Assembly: GCF_041146345.1 (NCBI RefSeq)
Contig: NW_027191409.1
Location: forward strand, 868,001 to 932,000
Length of the DNA stretch: 64,000 bases
From: Neodothiora populina
Lineage: Eukaryota
Direction of reading: 5' to 3'
Position numbers and translations under genes: made by a program. Below the pieces are notes generated by a model. That model was not told the origin of the DNA. It was given only the letters and a program-made list of their open reading frames with translations, and did no database searches. Positions 53,601 to 64,000 of this stretch are shown one piece after another. How positions within the stretch are numbered: the stretch's first letter is position 1; every line of letters starts with the position of its first letter.

Positions 53601-55902
53601 AAGACCAACCACAACGACAAAGGGGCTAAAACCATGTCACGCCCAGTGTCTCAAAATGAGACCGATGATCTGTTTGTTGGTATCGGTGCTTGGGCAGAAG
53701 AATGCCTTAACCGTGAGACGGAGTCGCGAGACCCAACTGTGACAGGCGAGGACATGGATCTTGACGCTGATCAGCCCCTTAAAGGCGCTATAGAGCACGA
53801 TGTTTCGTCTCGGGCTTGCGATCCCCCGTTATACCTGCTCAGCCACTCATCTGGCCATGACGACGAACACCTGAAATGGATGTCTAATGCTACAGCGAGG
53901 ATAGCAGCAGGTGTCGATGCCCGAGTGCACTTCGAATCTGAGGCACTCCTGTCTACCCGTCCGAGCAATCACTCTTCATCACCACTTGATCGACTGGCTA
54001 CCATTTCTGAACATGCACCACACATCAAGCTTGCAGGCTCCACCAAGGGATTGACTGAGATCATACAAGCAGAATCAGGCAAGCTCGAGACTATCGAGGG
54101 CGAGCGTCGTCACACGGGCGAGCCGGTCGGAAAATGGCAGCCATCTTGAGAGGACATCACTTCCGTCGATACACATCTGCAAAAGAATAATCCCAGCACG
54201 ACACGCATCACCACAACCACGCCTAACGACTATATCTATACTACGAAGCTATCGATGATTCCCTCACTCGAGTGTGCACAGTAGCCCTTAAAACAAACAT
54301 CGCTTGACAGGCTCACTCCTACAACACGTCAGCACTCTCGAACTACCGTAGTGTGACTTCTTCTTCTAGACAACTCGGAGCAATCTCAGACACCCTGGTC
54401 GATTTCTACATCTCGACCAGCCTTGTCAACACCATGTCGATCCTCATCTCATATTGATGACGGGATATCTTTACTTCCCTTTCACCACGAGACATCTTCG
54501 ATGTTTGACACTTTCACGAGACGTGCATCTACACGTACCGATTACACTATACCGAACTCAAGTAGGCTTCACAGCCGAAGTTGTATCAAATCTCACCTGC
54601 GGATTGCCCCATCCTCACATGGCGTCATTCTATGAGAGCTCCCGGTCTACGCACCATGTATGTCTGTCGTACCTGCGACTTCTCTAGGCCTGTCGAGGAG
54701 AATATGATAAGCACCACAAAGTCCTCGGGCCGTTCATGCTCGACGCATCTGATCACCATCAGAGGCAAGTGCATATGTCCTAGAGATGCCAAATGGCACA
54801 GGAGTGCCTTTAGCCTGCTCCCACATAGCCTAGGAAACAGTCCGCACCCTGATCGAGAACGACAGTGTCGGAACCAACATGAGCATGGAGCAGTGCCACA
54901 TCGTGTGCATACTCGCCGCCACGAATCATTTTCTTGCCTTCACTTAGGCCGCAATAAACGTTACTTACCTTGCTCGCCATCACTTTGTCTTACAAGCAAG
55001 AGTCGCCAAGGTGGATAGAGCAATCGCAAATAAACATACACTCCATAATCTTATCATTTTTTCCCCTGATCGCTACAACTCGCTGTGCTCCTGATATTTT
55101 GTTGCCATCTTACCATCATTAGACTACAACACTTCACGGCCCTTGATGAACTTGGGCTTCTCTCACAGTAGATTACCTCGCTCCTCACATACATCTGAAG
55201 GAATTTAAGGGGCAACGAAAAGGGGGAGTAAGAGAAAAGACGCTCACTCTACACAAACAAAGCTCGATTGAGCCGCAGCGTAATCAGAAAAGAAAAAGAG
55301 GGGAAAAGGGGTAGCATAAGCACCAGCATAAGACGTACCTGCGTCGCACTACATGCCGTGGCCATGCTTACGTTTACCAGTAGCACGACATATATCGCCT
55401 AAAGAACTTTCCCATTCCTCCGTCGAGCGTCTGTTTCGCTACTCGGTCAGCCTTTAGAGATGGAGTAAGAAGCATAGAAAGTGCACATCTAGCCGTTTTC
55501 GCACATCGCTCTTGCTCACTTACGTCTACTTATACATTTCATATGCTCCCTTACATACCCAATTACAAAACCTCCCTTAGGAACAGTAGAGAAAGAAAAG
55601 AGAGAAAAAAGGTGGGTGACACCAGTACGACCAACACGACACCAGCACAGCGTCATTACTACCAGCACAACAAGTACCTGGCAGGTACCTGCATTGTATC
55701 ACACACACCATCTACATACATAATTTTACATTATGCAGTAGTCAGCTTCTGCGAGCAGATACTACTTCCTGGCGCACGACATGTGTTCTTGCGTCTGTAC
55801 CTTTTTGGCGCTCTTGTTCTGTCGGGGTTTTGACTCTTTGACTTTTTGTCGTTGTTCCACTTGCTGTTGATCGTTGGTCTGTCGTGGCTTTGCCCCTGTG
55901 TT

Positions 55903-55949
55903 ACTACTGCTGCTGCTGCTGCTGCTGCTGATGCTGCTGATGCTGATGC
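55903..55949. repeat. (CTG)n/(CTGATG)n microsatellite
   Basis: actactgctgctgctgctgctgctgctgatgctgctgatgctgatgcc downstream of the cyclophilin gene. Confidence 0.85.
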
Positions 55950-56310
55950 CTGTCGCCTGTTACTACCACTGCTGGTGCATGTCATGGCATGGATGTCGTG
56001 GAAGTTGAATGTAGAAGTTTGGGTCGAGAATGGGTTAGAGAAATATGTTGTGTTTCTTTAGCCCGAAGTGCACACTATACGATGTGATACATGCGGGAAG
56101 ATGTATCGCATAGGCAATGGTTCCTCCAAGGTCAAGGGTGACATTCACAGACTAAAACGACGGACTTGTCACGTATGCATAGGGCTATGGATGTGTTACA
56201 CGAGAATGGTTGAGAGTTGCACGACAGACTAATCTTACAAACACATGTTTGTGCAACACTGACAGACAAGAGCTGACGACTTTGACTTTGACTTTGGATT
56301 TGATAATCGT

Positions 56311-57569
56311 CTATGCGGATACTTTCTCATAGGCGCCGGACGAAGACGAACCTCTAGCGCCAGCCGTGGCTTTGACGAAGACGGCACACACGGCAACGAC
56401 GACCGCGAGAGCCCCAATTTTCTGGAAAACAGTCAATCCGTCCGAAGATGAGACGTCGTGAGATTCTTGGATCTCCTCTTCGTGGTGGTTCAGAGGCTCA
56501 TCACCCTTCTCGTTGACGGGAGCGTCGGTCGCTGGAGCAACAGCAGCAGCTGGTACATCAGCATCTTCGTGGAGGTCCGAGACTGGTTCAGCAGAGCCAA
56601 TGAGCGCTGACAATATCATCAGTATGCTTTTATCCCCAGCTATTATGGAAAAAGGTGCAAACTAATCCACCATTGACAATACATACTGTTTGTCAAAGTA
56701 GATTAGAGCTCAGCTCTAATACCTTCTTCGGGGACCTCAAGCTCGCCAGACTTGGCAATTTTGACCGTCTTGAGGGGCTTGTTGTTGCCCGAGCTAGTGG
56801 GGAGCTTCTCAATCTTGTCGATGATCTCGTAGCCCTCGAGGACCTCGCCGAAGACGACGTGGCGGCCATCGAGCCAGGAGGTGATGACGGTAGTGATGAA
56901 GAATTGACTGCCGTTGGTGTCCTTGCCAGCATTGGCCATGCCTGTGGGGAAGTGGTATGAGCATATTTCATTGACCGATGTCCATCAATATACATACTGA
57001 GCAGGCCCTTCTTGCTGTGCTTGAGCTTGAAGTTCTCATCGGGGAACTTGGCACCGTAGATGGACTTGCCGCCAGTGCCATCACCCTTGGTGAAGTCACC
57101 ACCCTGAATCATGAAGTCCTTGATGACACGGTGGAAGGTAGATCCCTCGTAACCGAAGCCAGACTCGCCAGTAGCGAGGGCCCTGCGCCTGTCAGTATCT
57201 ACGGTCTTTCCTTCGGTTCCTTCGGAATGGATTCACCTGAAGTTCTCGGCAGTCTACAAGGTGTCAGCATGGTTGTAACAAAAAGGCTGGCCGGAATACT
57301 TATAACATACCTTGGGGACGGTCTTGCCGTAAAGTCCCATGACTACACGACCCAGAGGCTCATTGTCATACTCAATGTCAAAGTAGACCTGTTACGTTCA
57401 TTAGCCAATGCTCGTCGTGATGATCTCGAGTCGAGTAGGACCATCACTAAAGTACCTTGTGAGTGATCTTGGGTCCCTTTCCGGCAGCCTCGGTGGACTG
57501 GGCAAAGTAGATGAAAGAGAAGGTCAAGATGACCAAGAGAGAGATGATGTATCTCTGAATGCCGGCCAT
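56311..57569 (-). CDS. cypB: Cyclophilin B-type peptidyl-prolyl isomerase (secretory pathway); short isoform ends at 56703 (RAEL), long isoform at 56311
   Basis: Signal peptide [28 protein letters not shown], then [32 protein letters not shown] and [17 protein letters not shown]. Introns at ~57390-57455, ~57256-57310, ~57183-57236 and ~56942-56996, plus an alternative terminal intron. Confidence 0.93.
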
Positions 57570-57997
57570 TGCTACTGCTCTTCGTCCAGATCAGATCAGA
57601 TCAGATCGGTAACAATTGAGGTATGGAGAGGGAAGACAAGTTCGGGGAGGGGTCAGAGTACAGTACAGATAGACCAGATGGACCAGATAGACCAAGCTTG
57701 ACCATGTTGGAGAGCTGAGACCCTGCCAAGATCAGGAACCTGACTCGGACAAATGGCCCGTGCGCTATACCGATGTTCCGCGCTGCAACTTGTGTATGGA
57801 CCATAATTCATCCATGACTTTTTGATATTGGGAGATTACAGCACACCGCGACAGTTGAGTACCTCTTGCGCATATCGACAGCGCTGTAACATTCACTCGC
57901 CAGTCACTGGGACTATCAGAGAACGACCAGCTAAGCGCCATACGCTTGCCGATACCACTCTTCTACACAAAGTCAATCGCCTAGATTATTTCCGACC

Positions 57998-58513
57998 ATG
58001 GTGGTAAGCACGCAGCGCGAACCCTCTCGGAACGACCATCGCCAGTACTCAGATCTCAGAAACACTAACAACAACTCTCAGTTCATCTTCGGCGCCAACT
58101 TCCCCGAGTCTCGCCTCGTCAAAGGCGCCCTCGAATCCTTCTACGGCATCGGACCCAAAGTCTCCCAGCGCCTCATGGCACGCTTCTTCATCCATCCGAC
58201 GGCGCGAGTGGGATCACTAGGCGACAAGCAAGTCAACGATATAGCCGCCGAATTATCAACGATGAAAATTGAGAACGATCTGCGGCGGTCATTGCAAGAC
58301 AATATCAAACGCTTGCGTGACATGGGCACATATCGGGGTCGTAGGCATGCCATGGGTCTACCTGCGCGGGGACAGAACACAAGGTCACAGGTCCGTCTCT
58401 TATCTCTATAATGCTCTCTTATGCTGCTGTGCGATGCATGCGAGGAATCACTGCTGACCGAAACACAGATCGCCACGGCGAGGAAACTCAACAGGACCGT
58501 ACGAAGAGGCTAG
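57998..58513 (+). CDS. SWS2: Mitochondrial small ribosomal subunit protein uS13m
   Basis: MV|FIFGANF...ALESFYGIG...IENDLRR...GTYRGRRHAMGLPARGQNTRSQ|IATARKLNR. Introns at 58004-58081 and 58391-58468. Confidence 0.93.
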
Positions 58514-61500
58514 ACGAGGAAATCCCAACTTCTGTTGTACCATTACATTTCTTCCGTGTACAAAATATATTCATCATCCCTCTCGGTTGCTTGGACCGGG
58601 GGCGGCAATGGCGTAGAGCGGCGTTCACAATTACCAGAGGAAACAAGAGAAATGTCCATCAAAACATCCTTCCTGCCTCGCTTCTTCTCTAATTGAACAC
58701 ACTCACGCACGAAGCTGATATCTTGCTCGTGGCATCACGTTATATGTGATGATCCATGCAGACCATTCCGAGCAAAACGCTTGGTTCCCCTTGTGCCTTA
58801 TTTCGCTCCTGCAGAGCTATTCGAGCAATGTATGTATATATGTCTCTGTGCAGTGTGCACAAGAATAAAACTCAACCGAGGGGTTCCATCCTATCGGGTT
58901 CACTCGTCACGCTGCAGGAAGGCCCAAAGGAGTAGTATAGTCGTACAGGAATGGGAACGTCGTCCCGAAAACAACACACTACACATCACACTACAGGCCG
59001 ACTAAAAAAGAAAGACATAATCACCTCGGCACTGTTCGAATGTTCGAAGAGAAAAGGCAAGTGATCCGGCCAAGTGGTTTGTCAGGAATGTGCAGAAGAA
59101 GACGCAGAAAAGTAATATCCCAACAATATCGGGACGCACATAGGATATGCAGGACTTTTCCTCCCGCCCATGCAATGGAACGCTTGGATCATCGACACGC
59201 GTAGTCACAGAGCTCAGGGAAAAGCGTGCGTCGTACCTTCCTTACAACAAAACATTGCCTTCCTATTAGCGAATGTGCTTTGTTGAGAGAGGCATCATCG
59301 ATAGCCAAGGTGATGATAAGAATGGATTGGTCAGTCAGTCATCACCATTCTTGTCCCTCAGCGACGGATTACTCAAATATGGCGGAGCTGCAGCCGCAGC
59401 AGCAGCGACGAGCGAAGCCACCTCCGTAGGTCGAAGCACGGGATTACGCGAGGCCTGCGTGAGGTGGGTTGGTTGGAGAAACACGGCATCTGTATAGTCT
59501 CTAGACCTGCAGAACATGTCGTGACAATCCCTCTGCTTTCCACCTCGGACCGCGGCCGACGTTGCATTCGGGCTATTGGATAGCAAGCAAGCAAGCAACC
59601 CAGCCAGCAAGCACACGCAAGAGAAATCTTGGTAGGGAGAAGGAACATGATGCATTGACGGTGCAGATAATCTAGAGGCGCTGTGCATATGGGGAGGCTT
59701 CGCAGATCCGTGCATGTTCCTGCGCTTTGCCTCTTTCTCAACCACTCCTGGTGATTCAGGTTTTCATATTGTGGAGGTGAGAAATGTGATGTTGTAGAAG
59801 GATTGAGACGGACCGTAGTGTATGTTGTGGCAATGCAATTGATCACCGATGACGCTCCTACCGATTGACAAGCTGCTGTGTACAGAATGTGAAGGTACGA
59901 GGGGTCATTGCCTAGAACAAGCAACAGCCACTTCTTCACTTCTGTCCGAGCTAGATGCCCAATACCCGGTTCCTGATCTTCGGGGCGGAAGCCAGCAGTA
60001 CTCGCTCTATGTTGGAGATTCCAGGGGGTACTATCGTTCAAACGTAGCAAGGGAATTCAAGGTATTGATGATTCGTGAATAAGGTATATAATGTACAGAG
60101 CAAACGTCTCCAAATATAACTCCAAAGCCAGATGCATTCCAATGCCAATCCATCATGTTCCCTCAATAGCGCGGGAAGTTGTGCTGGTGTGTACTGCAGT
60201 GATACATGTCTGTATCCCCTGTCTTAATGATTGACCCTGAAGCGCCTCAATGCCGATCATGGTTCCTGAGTCTCCGACTGCGTCATGCTGTGACCTGCCG
60301 ATCAGCGATATGATGATGATGATCATGATGATGCCCATGAATGTGATGATGTCCGCTGAGTGTAACGATGCGCCGATATAATGACGATGACTCCGAAAGA
60401 GATGCCCAACGACTCGCAGTATACAAGTGCCAGAAGACGACAAGATGGTTCAACGAAAGTGATGAGTATTGGGCATAAGTGAATGATAGGAAGTGTATCC
60501 GCTGCGCCTTGCTATCAAAGCCGGAGGCTTAGCAAAGGCTGTGCTGACTTAGCTTATGGGCAGCCTGAAAATGTTGAAGGATATGTTTACCTCGTCATTG
60601 CCAGAATCACAATTATCTGGTGGGATTCGGTCTGGTACTGCCATTACCATCGTCCTTGGGACCTTGCTTCATCATGAGGACTGAGCGTGCAACGAAACCT
60701 GATCCATTGCCATCGTCCTTATCGTTTCCGAGAAAGCACAACATTTGGATGTCTTGTTTGTGCGAATTCGATTGGGTGCGAGAGAGTAATATGGGATGGA
60801 TATTGAGTAGAAGAGAGGAGACTCGGTGAATATAAGAAACTTAATGTGAGGTGGACAGGCATATCTTATGCTTCTTATACTTACCACAAGAGTGACCGAG
60901 GCAGGAGCAGATGGCACCAGCTGCCGTGTAGCGTAGCCATACTGAGGCAATTTCAGCAGGCCATCAAGGCGATTGCCCAATGTCAAGGCAGGAGTGCCAA
61001 AGCAGAGCTGAAGCTATGTGCAACATTACTTACATTGGCTAAACCCGCGCCATTCTGCTTTTGTCCTACGTCAAAAACGAGTCGAGTCAGATGGCTAATA
61101 GACCATTTCAAGTTCCCTATAGTGACTTTCCGCGGCCGAAAAGGGTTGTAGGTATTCCTCGATAAAGCTATGAAAGCAAGTGACAGCCAAAAAAGCGCGT
61201 CCTAGAATTCTGCTGGTCGCACTGGCGGTCGGTTGGGCCCATAGCGTCAGGACCAATGCAGCGGCCCTCGAGATGCAAAGCAGTTGAATGCCAGGCGCTG
61301 GCTACTACACGTGGTTGCCATGTGCTGCGGACAATGCCTCGTGTGACAGGCATCCAGGGAATACTGTAGGTACTGTTTGATGCGGCTTTGCTAGCATGGC
61401 TTAGAGAATGTATCCGATGACGGTTGTGTAGAGTAGGCACAAGCTGGTGAATTAGAAAAGTATAAGCCGGCGGTGACCGAATTTGTTGGATTCTCTTGCC

Positions 61501-62966
61501 TTGTGGTCGTAGTGAGTTGCTTGAGGGGTGAAGTCCGACGTCTTAGCCCGGACTTCCCAGCTGTGCTTCGGATGGTAAGGTAGGTACAGTAGGTAGTCAG
61601 GTAGCCGACTGCCTTGTAGACGGGATACAACGACATTAAGATCAGTCTTTAGCCACAGCCCCCCACCGCTAAGTTCTTTGCGCAAGCATACCTTAAGGTT
61701 GATGTCCTTCAATTTCTCAGGAATCGCGTTTGCGCATTTTGCACTGCCACGATTATGACTACAACATGCTGTGGCTACATTCAGTATGTGCTCGTTGAAC
61801 TTTCGCTGCACAGAACTAGCAACACCCATTGCAAGAAGTATGGCTCGCAGGTTAATCACGCACTCGTACACATTTTTACTGCCCTTGCCAGGCTATTGAA
61901 GTATACCTACTTCTGTGCGACGCAGCTCTTTACTATCCTTGGAACGTCATTCATACGCCTGGAAGCATATGCAAGACCGTTCCTTGAGCCCAGCAGACGA
62001 TTATTTCACGTCATTTGAGCTGCAACAGGCCGTTCGGAGCTATCAGATTCGCTATACTCGGTGCTTCGTGGATAATATTCGTGGTTTCGCTACAATTCTC
62101 GTAATCTACTATTGTCTTCTTTGAGAACGCGGCCCGTAGCCGTTGCTAGAAGGGTGTCAGCATGGCATATCACATTAAGGTAGCCTTAGGTAAGGTAGGT
62201 TGATTGCCCAAGCTAGGCAAGTACAAGGCGCTGCATTTACGCACGATGCTCAATCATGTAAATCTATCAAAGTGAGCCTCAACAGTGTGTTGACATGACT
62301 TCATGACCCAAGTGCTCGCCTTTCTCACGGCGAATTCCTGGCGGGGTCCTAGTCTTCTTCGGTGTCCTGACCGGGCTCTTCCTCCTTCCAACCTGTAATG
62401 CAGGACCGCTCTCCTGCTGATTCCATCCGCAGCAACTTCCATTACGTGGCGGGGTAATGATATGAGCGCAAATCTCGGATGTCATTCCATGCTCACTGCT
62501 AAGTCTCATCGATTCTCAGGTCTTTCCTTGAATAAAAAAGGAAAGATGTCTAGACCTGCAGAAATTCAGCATCTGTCGTCGCATAATGGAGCTTTCCACG
62601 AATCAGAACCAGGTCGATCAAGTACAAGGTGAAAGGCCATCACGAGTCTGCAGATTTGGGCGCCAATAGATATCTAACCACTCTCATTGGGCAAAACATC
62701 TCGATTTGACCGGTGCTGCATTCCTGCGGGGGGCATGGAGCCTTTGCGAGCTACCTTTCTTAAATGCACTTCGCGTCGTTGCTGTGCCATGTCTCTGTAT
62801 TACACGGACATCGTCTTGTCGAGAAATGCCATTCCGATAGTATCAATAATTTTGGTGCGACCTTGGAATGTGTTTCGACTGACACCGATTCGCACTCACT
62901 TGCTGTGCATCCATCCGCCTTCGTTAACGGGTGACGACATCACAACCTAGGCGAGAAATTATAAAT

Positions 62967-64000
62967 ATGACCGCAACACAACAACAGCAGCATGATCATC
63001 CTCCGTCGTTTGGCGGGTTTGTGTGGGTGCAGTCTGCCCAAGACACCCCAAGTCCTCTCGACTCGTGGACTATTGTCTCCTCCAATGGCTCTCCAAAACA
63101 ATTGCTGAGCATCTCGTCTGCCTCTTCAAGCCATTACTTGCGTAACCCATCGACAAGCCCGAGGCACTATACACCAGAACCCGTGCTGCTCGAGCAGCCT
63201 CGTGCATACCCTTCCACAGATTTGACTACAGATTCTAACGATGCCGGACATTCCTCGAGGGTTAGGTCCACAACGACCGCCTCCTTCAATTCCATGTATG
63301 AAGATCCAACTAGCTGTGAGCTAGCTCAAGGCTTTGAAGGACATATGCCAGTTTTAGCCTCGACTCGGCAGTATTGTTGGGACCCGCAATGGACCAATCA
63401 ATTCCAGTCATCTCAGCTTTCAGTAGGTGGACCACCGATGTCCATGTTGCAACAAATTCCATTCACCTCGCCGGGCGACTTTTGGCCCGGCCAATACCTG
63501 GGTCCTCAAGTCTTCTTTCGAGAGACCGCGATAGGCATGAATCCATTCAGTGCGGACTTACACCAGCCATTGGAACAAGACATGTTCACCATGGGGAACG
63601 ACATGGGTATCTTCTCGACACCACCCAACGGATGTAATTATCATGATATATCAAGTGCGGCTACACAATCGGATGGTGGAAGACAAGTACGCAACACAGC
63701 AAGTGAAGCCACCACCGAGCCGCCCCTTGGTTTTGTATATGGCGAAAGTGATCCATGGAATGCACTCCATCTCGCCCAAGATAACATCAATGTTCAAGGA
63801 CATTGTATGTCTAACGATGGAAAGAGACTTCACCGGAACTATGTGACTGCACAGAGGAATCTACATGTTCCTATAGCCCCAAAGCCTGATGGGAGGACCT
63901 CGGTAGCTCCACAACGAAGCGACAATAAGATAACGAAGACGGGTAAGAGGAAAGGGCCTTTACTTCACCCTACACGCGAGAATGCCAAGATCACTAGAGA
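62967..64000 (+). CDS. Hypothetical protein, probable transcription factor; truncated by window edge
   Basis: Stop-free frame from ATG 62967 (MTATQQQQHDHP) to the window end, >340 codons, absent from the ORF track. Ends VPIAPKP...GKRKGPLLHPTRENAKITR, a basic segment of the kind that precedes Zn2Cys6 clusters. The cluster itself is not visible. Confidence 0.6.
   Translation, partial: MTATQQQQHDHPPSFGGFVWVQSAQDTPSPLDSWTIVSSNGSPKQLLSISSASSSHYLRNPSTSPRHYTPEPVLLEQPRAYPSTDLTTDSNDAGHSSRVRSTTTASFNSMYEDPTSCELAQGFEGHMPVLASTRQYCWDPQWTNQFQSSQLSVGGPPMSMLQQIPFTSPGDFWPGQYLGPQVFFRETAIGMNPFSADLHQPLEQDMFTMGNDMGIFSTPPNGCNYHDISSAATQSDGGRQVRNTASEATTEPPLGFVYGESDPWNALHLAQDNINVQGHCMSNDGKRLHRNYVTAQRNLHVPIAPKPDGRTSVAPQRSDNKITKTGKRKGPLLHPTRENAKITR

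Noticed and set aside
55611..55626. GGTGGGTGACACCAG resembling part of 5S rRNA
   Set aside because: The flanks do not match 5S; too short to call.

Overview
Eukaryotic, intron-containing genomic DNA from a filamentous ascomycete (probably a Dothideomycete; an impression from gene style only). I count 17 apparently intact or edge-truncated protein genes plus one large pseudogene. Housekeeping genes: AVT3/4-like transporter (truncated by the left edge), MAK11, EAF1/VID21, RRN10-like, CKN1/CSA, ATG5, IES1, DED1, cyclophilin B and mitochondrial uS13. Accessory-looking genes: an Adr1-type C2H2 transcription factor, an ~8.8 kb disabled DUF3638-family gene, and a run of catabolic-type enzymes (MetX-like alpha/beta hydrolase, FMO, divergent DUF3500, salicylate-hydroxylase-like FAD monooxygenase, HypA/questin-oxidase-like protein, MFS transporter). 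A probable transcription factor is truncated by the right edge. I found no tRNA, rRNA, CRISPR array or recognisable transposon. The main signals are: (1) a two-donor splice switch in cyclophilin B giving a soluble RAEL-ended form or a membrane-anchored form; (2) a candidate uncharacterised catabolic cluster; (3) a DUF3500 protein that appears to have lost its conserved histidines; (4) a readable, multiply disabled DUF3638 pseudogene. Family assignments come from remembered motifs, not database searches.
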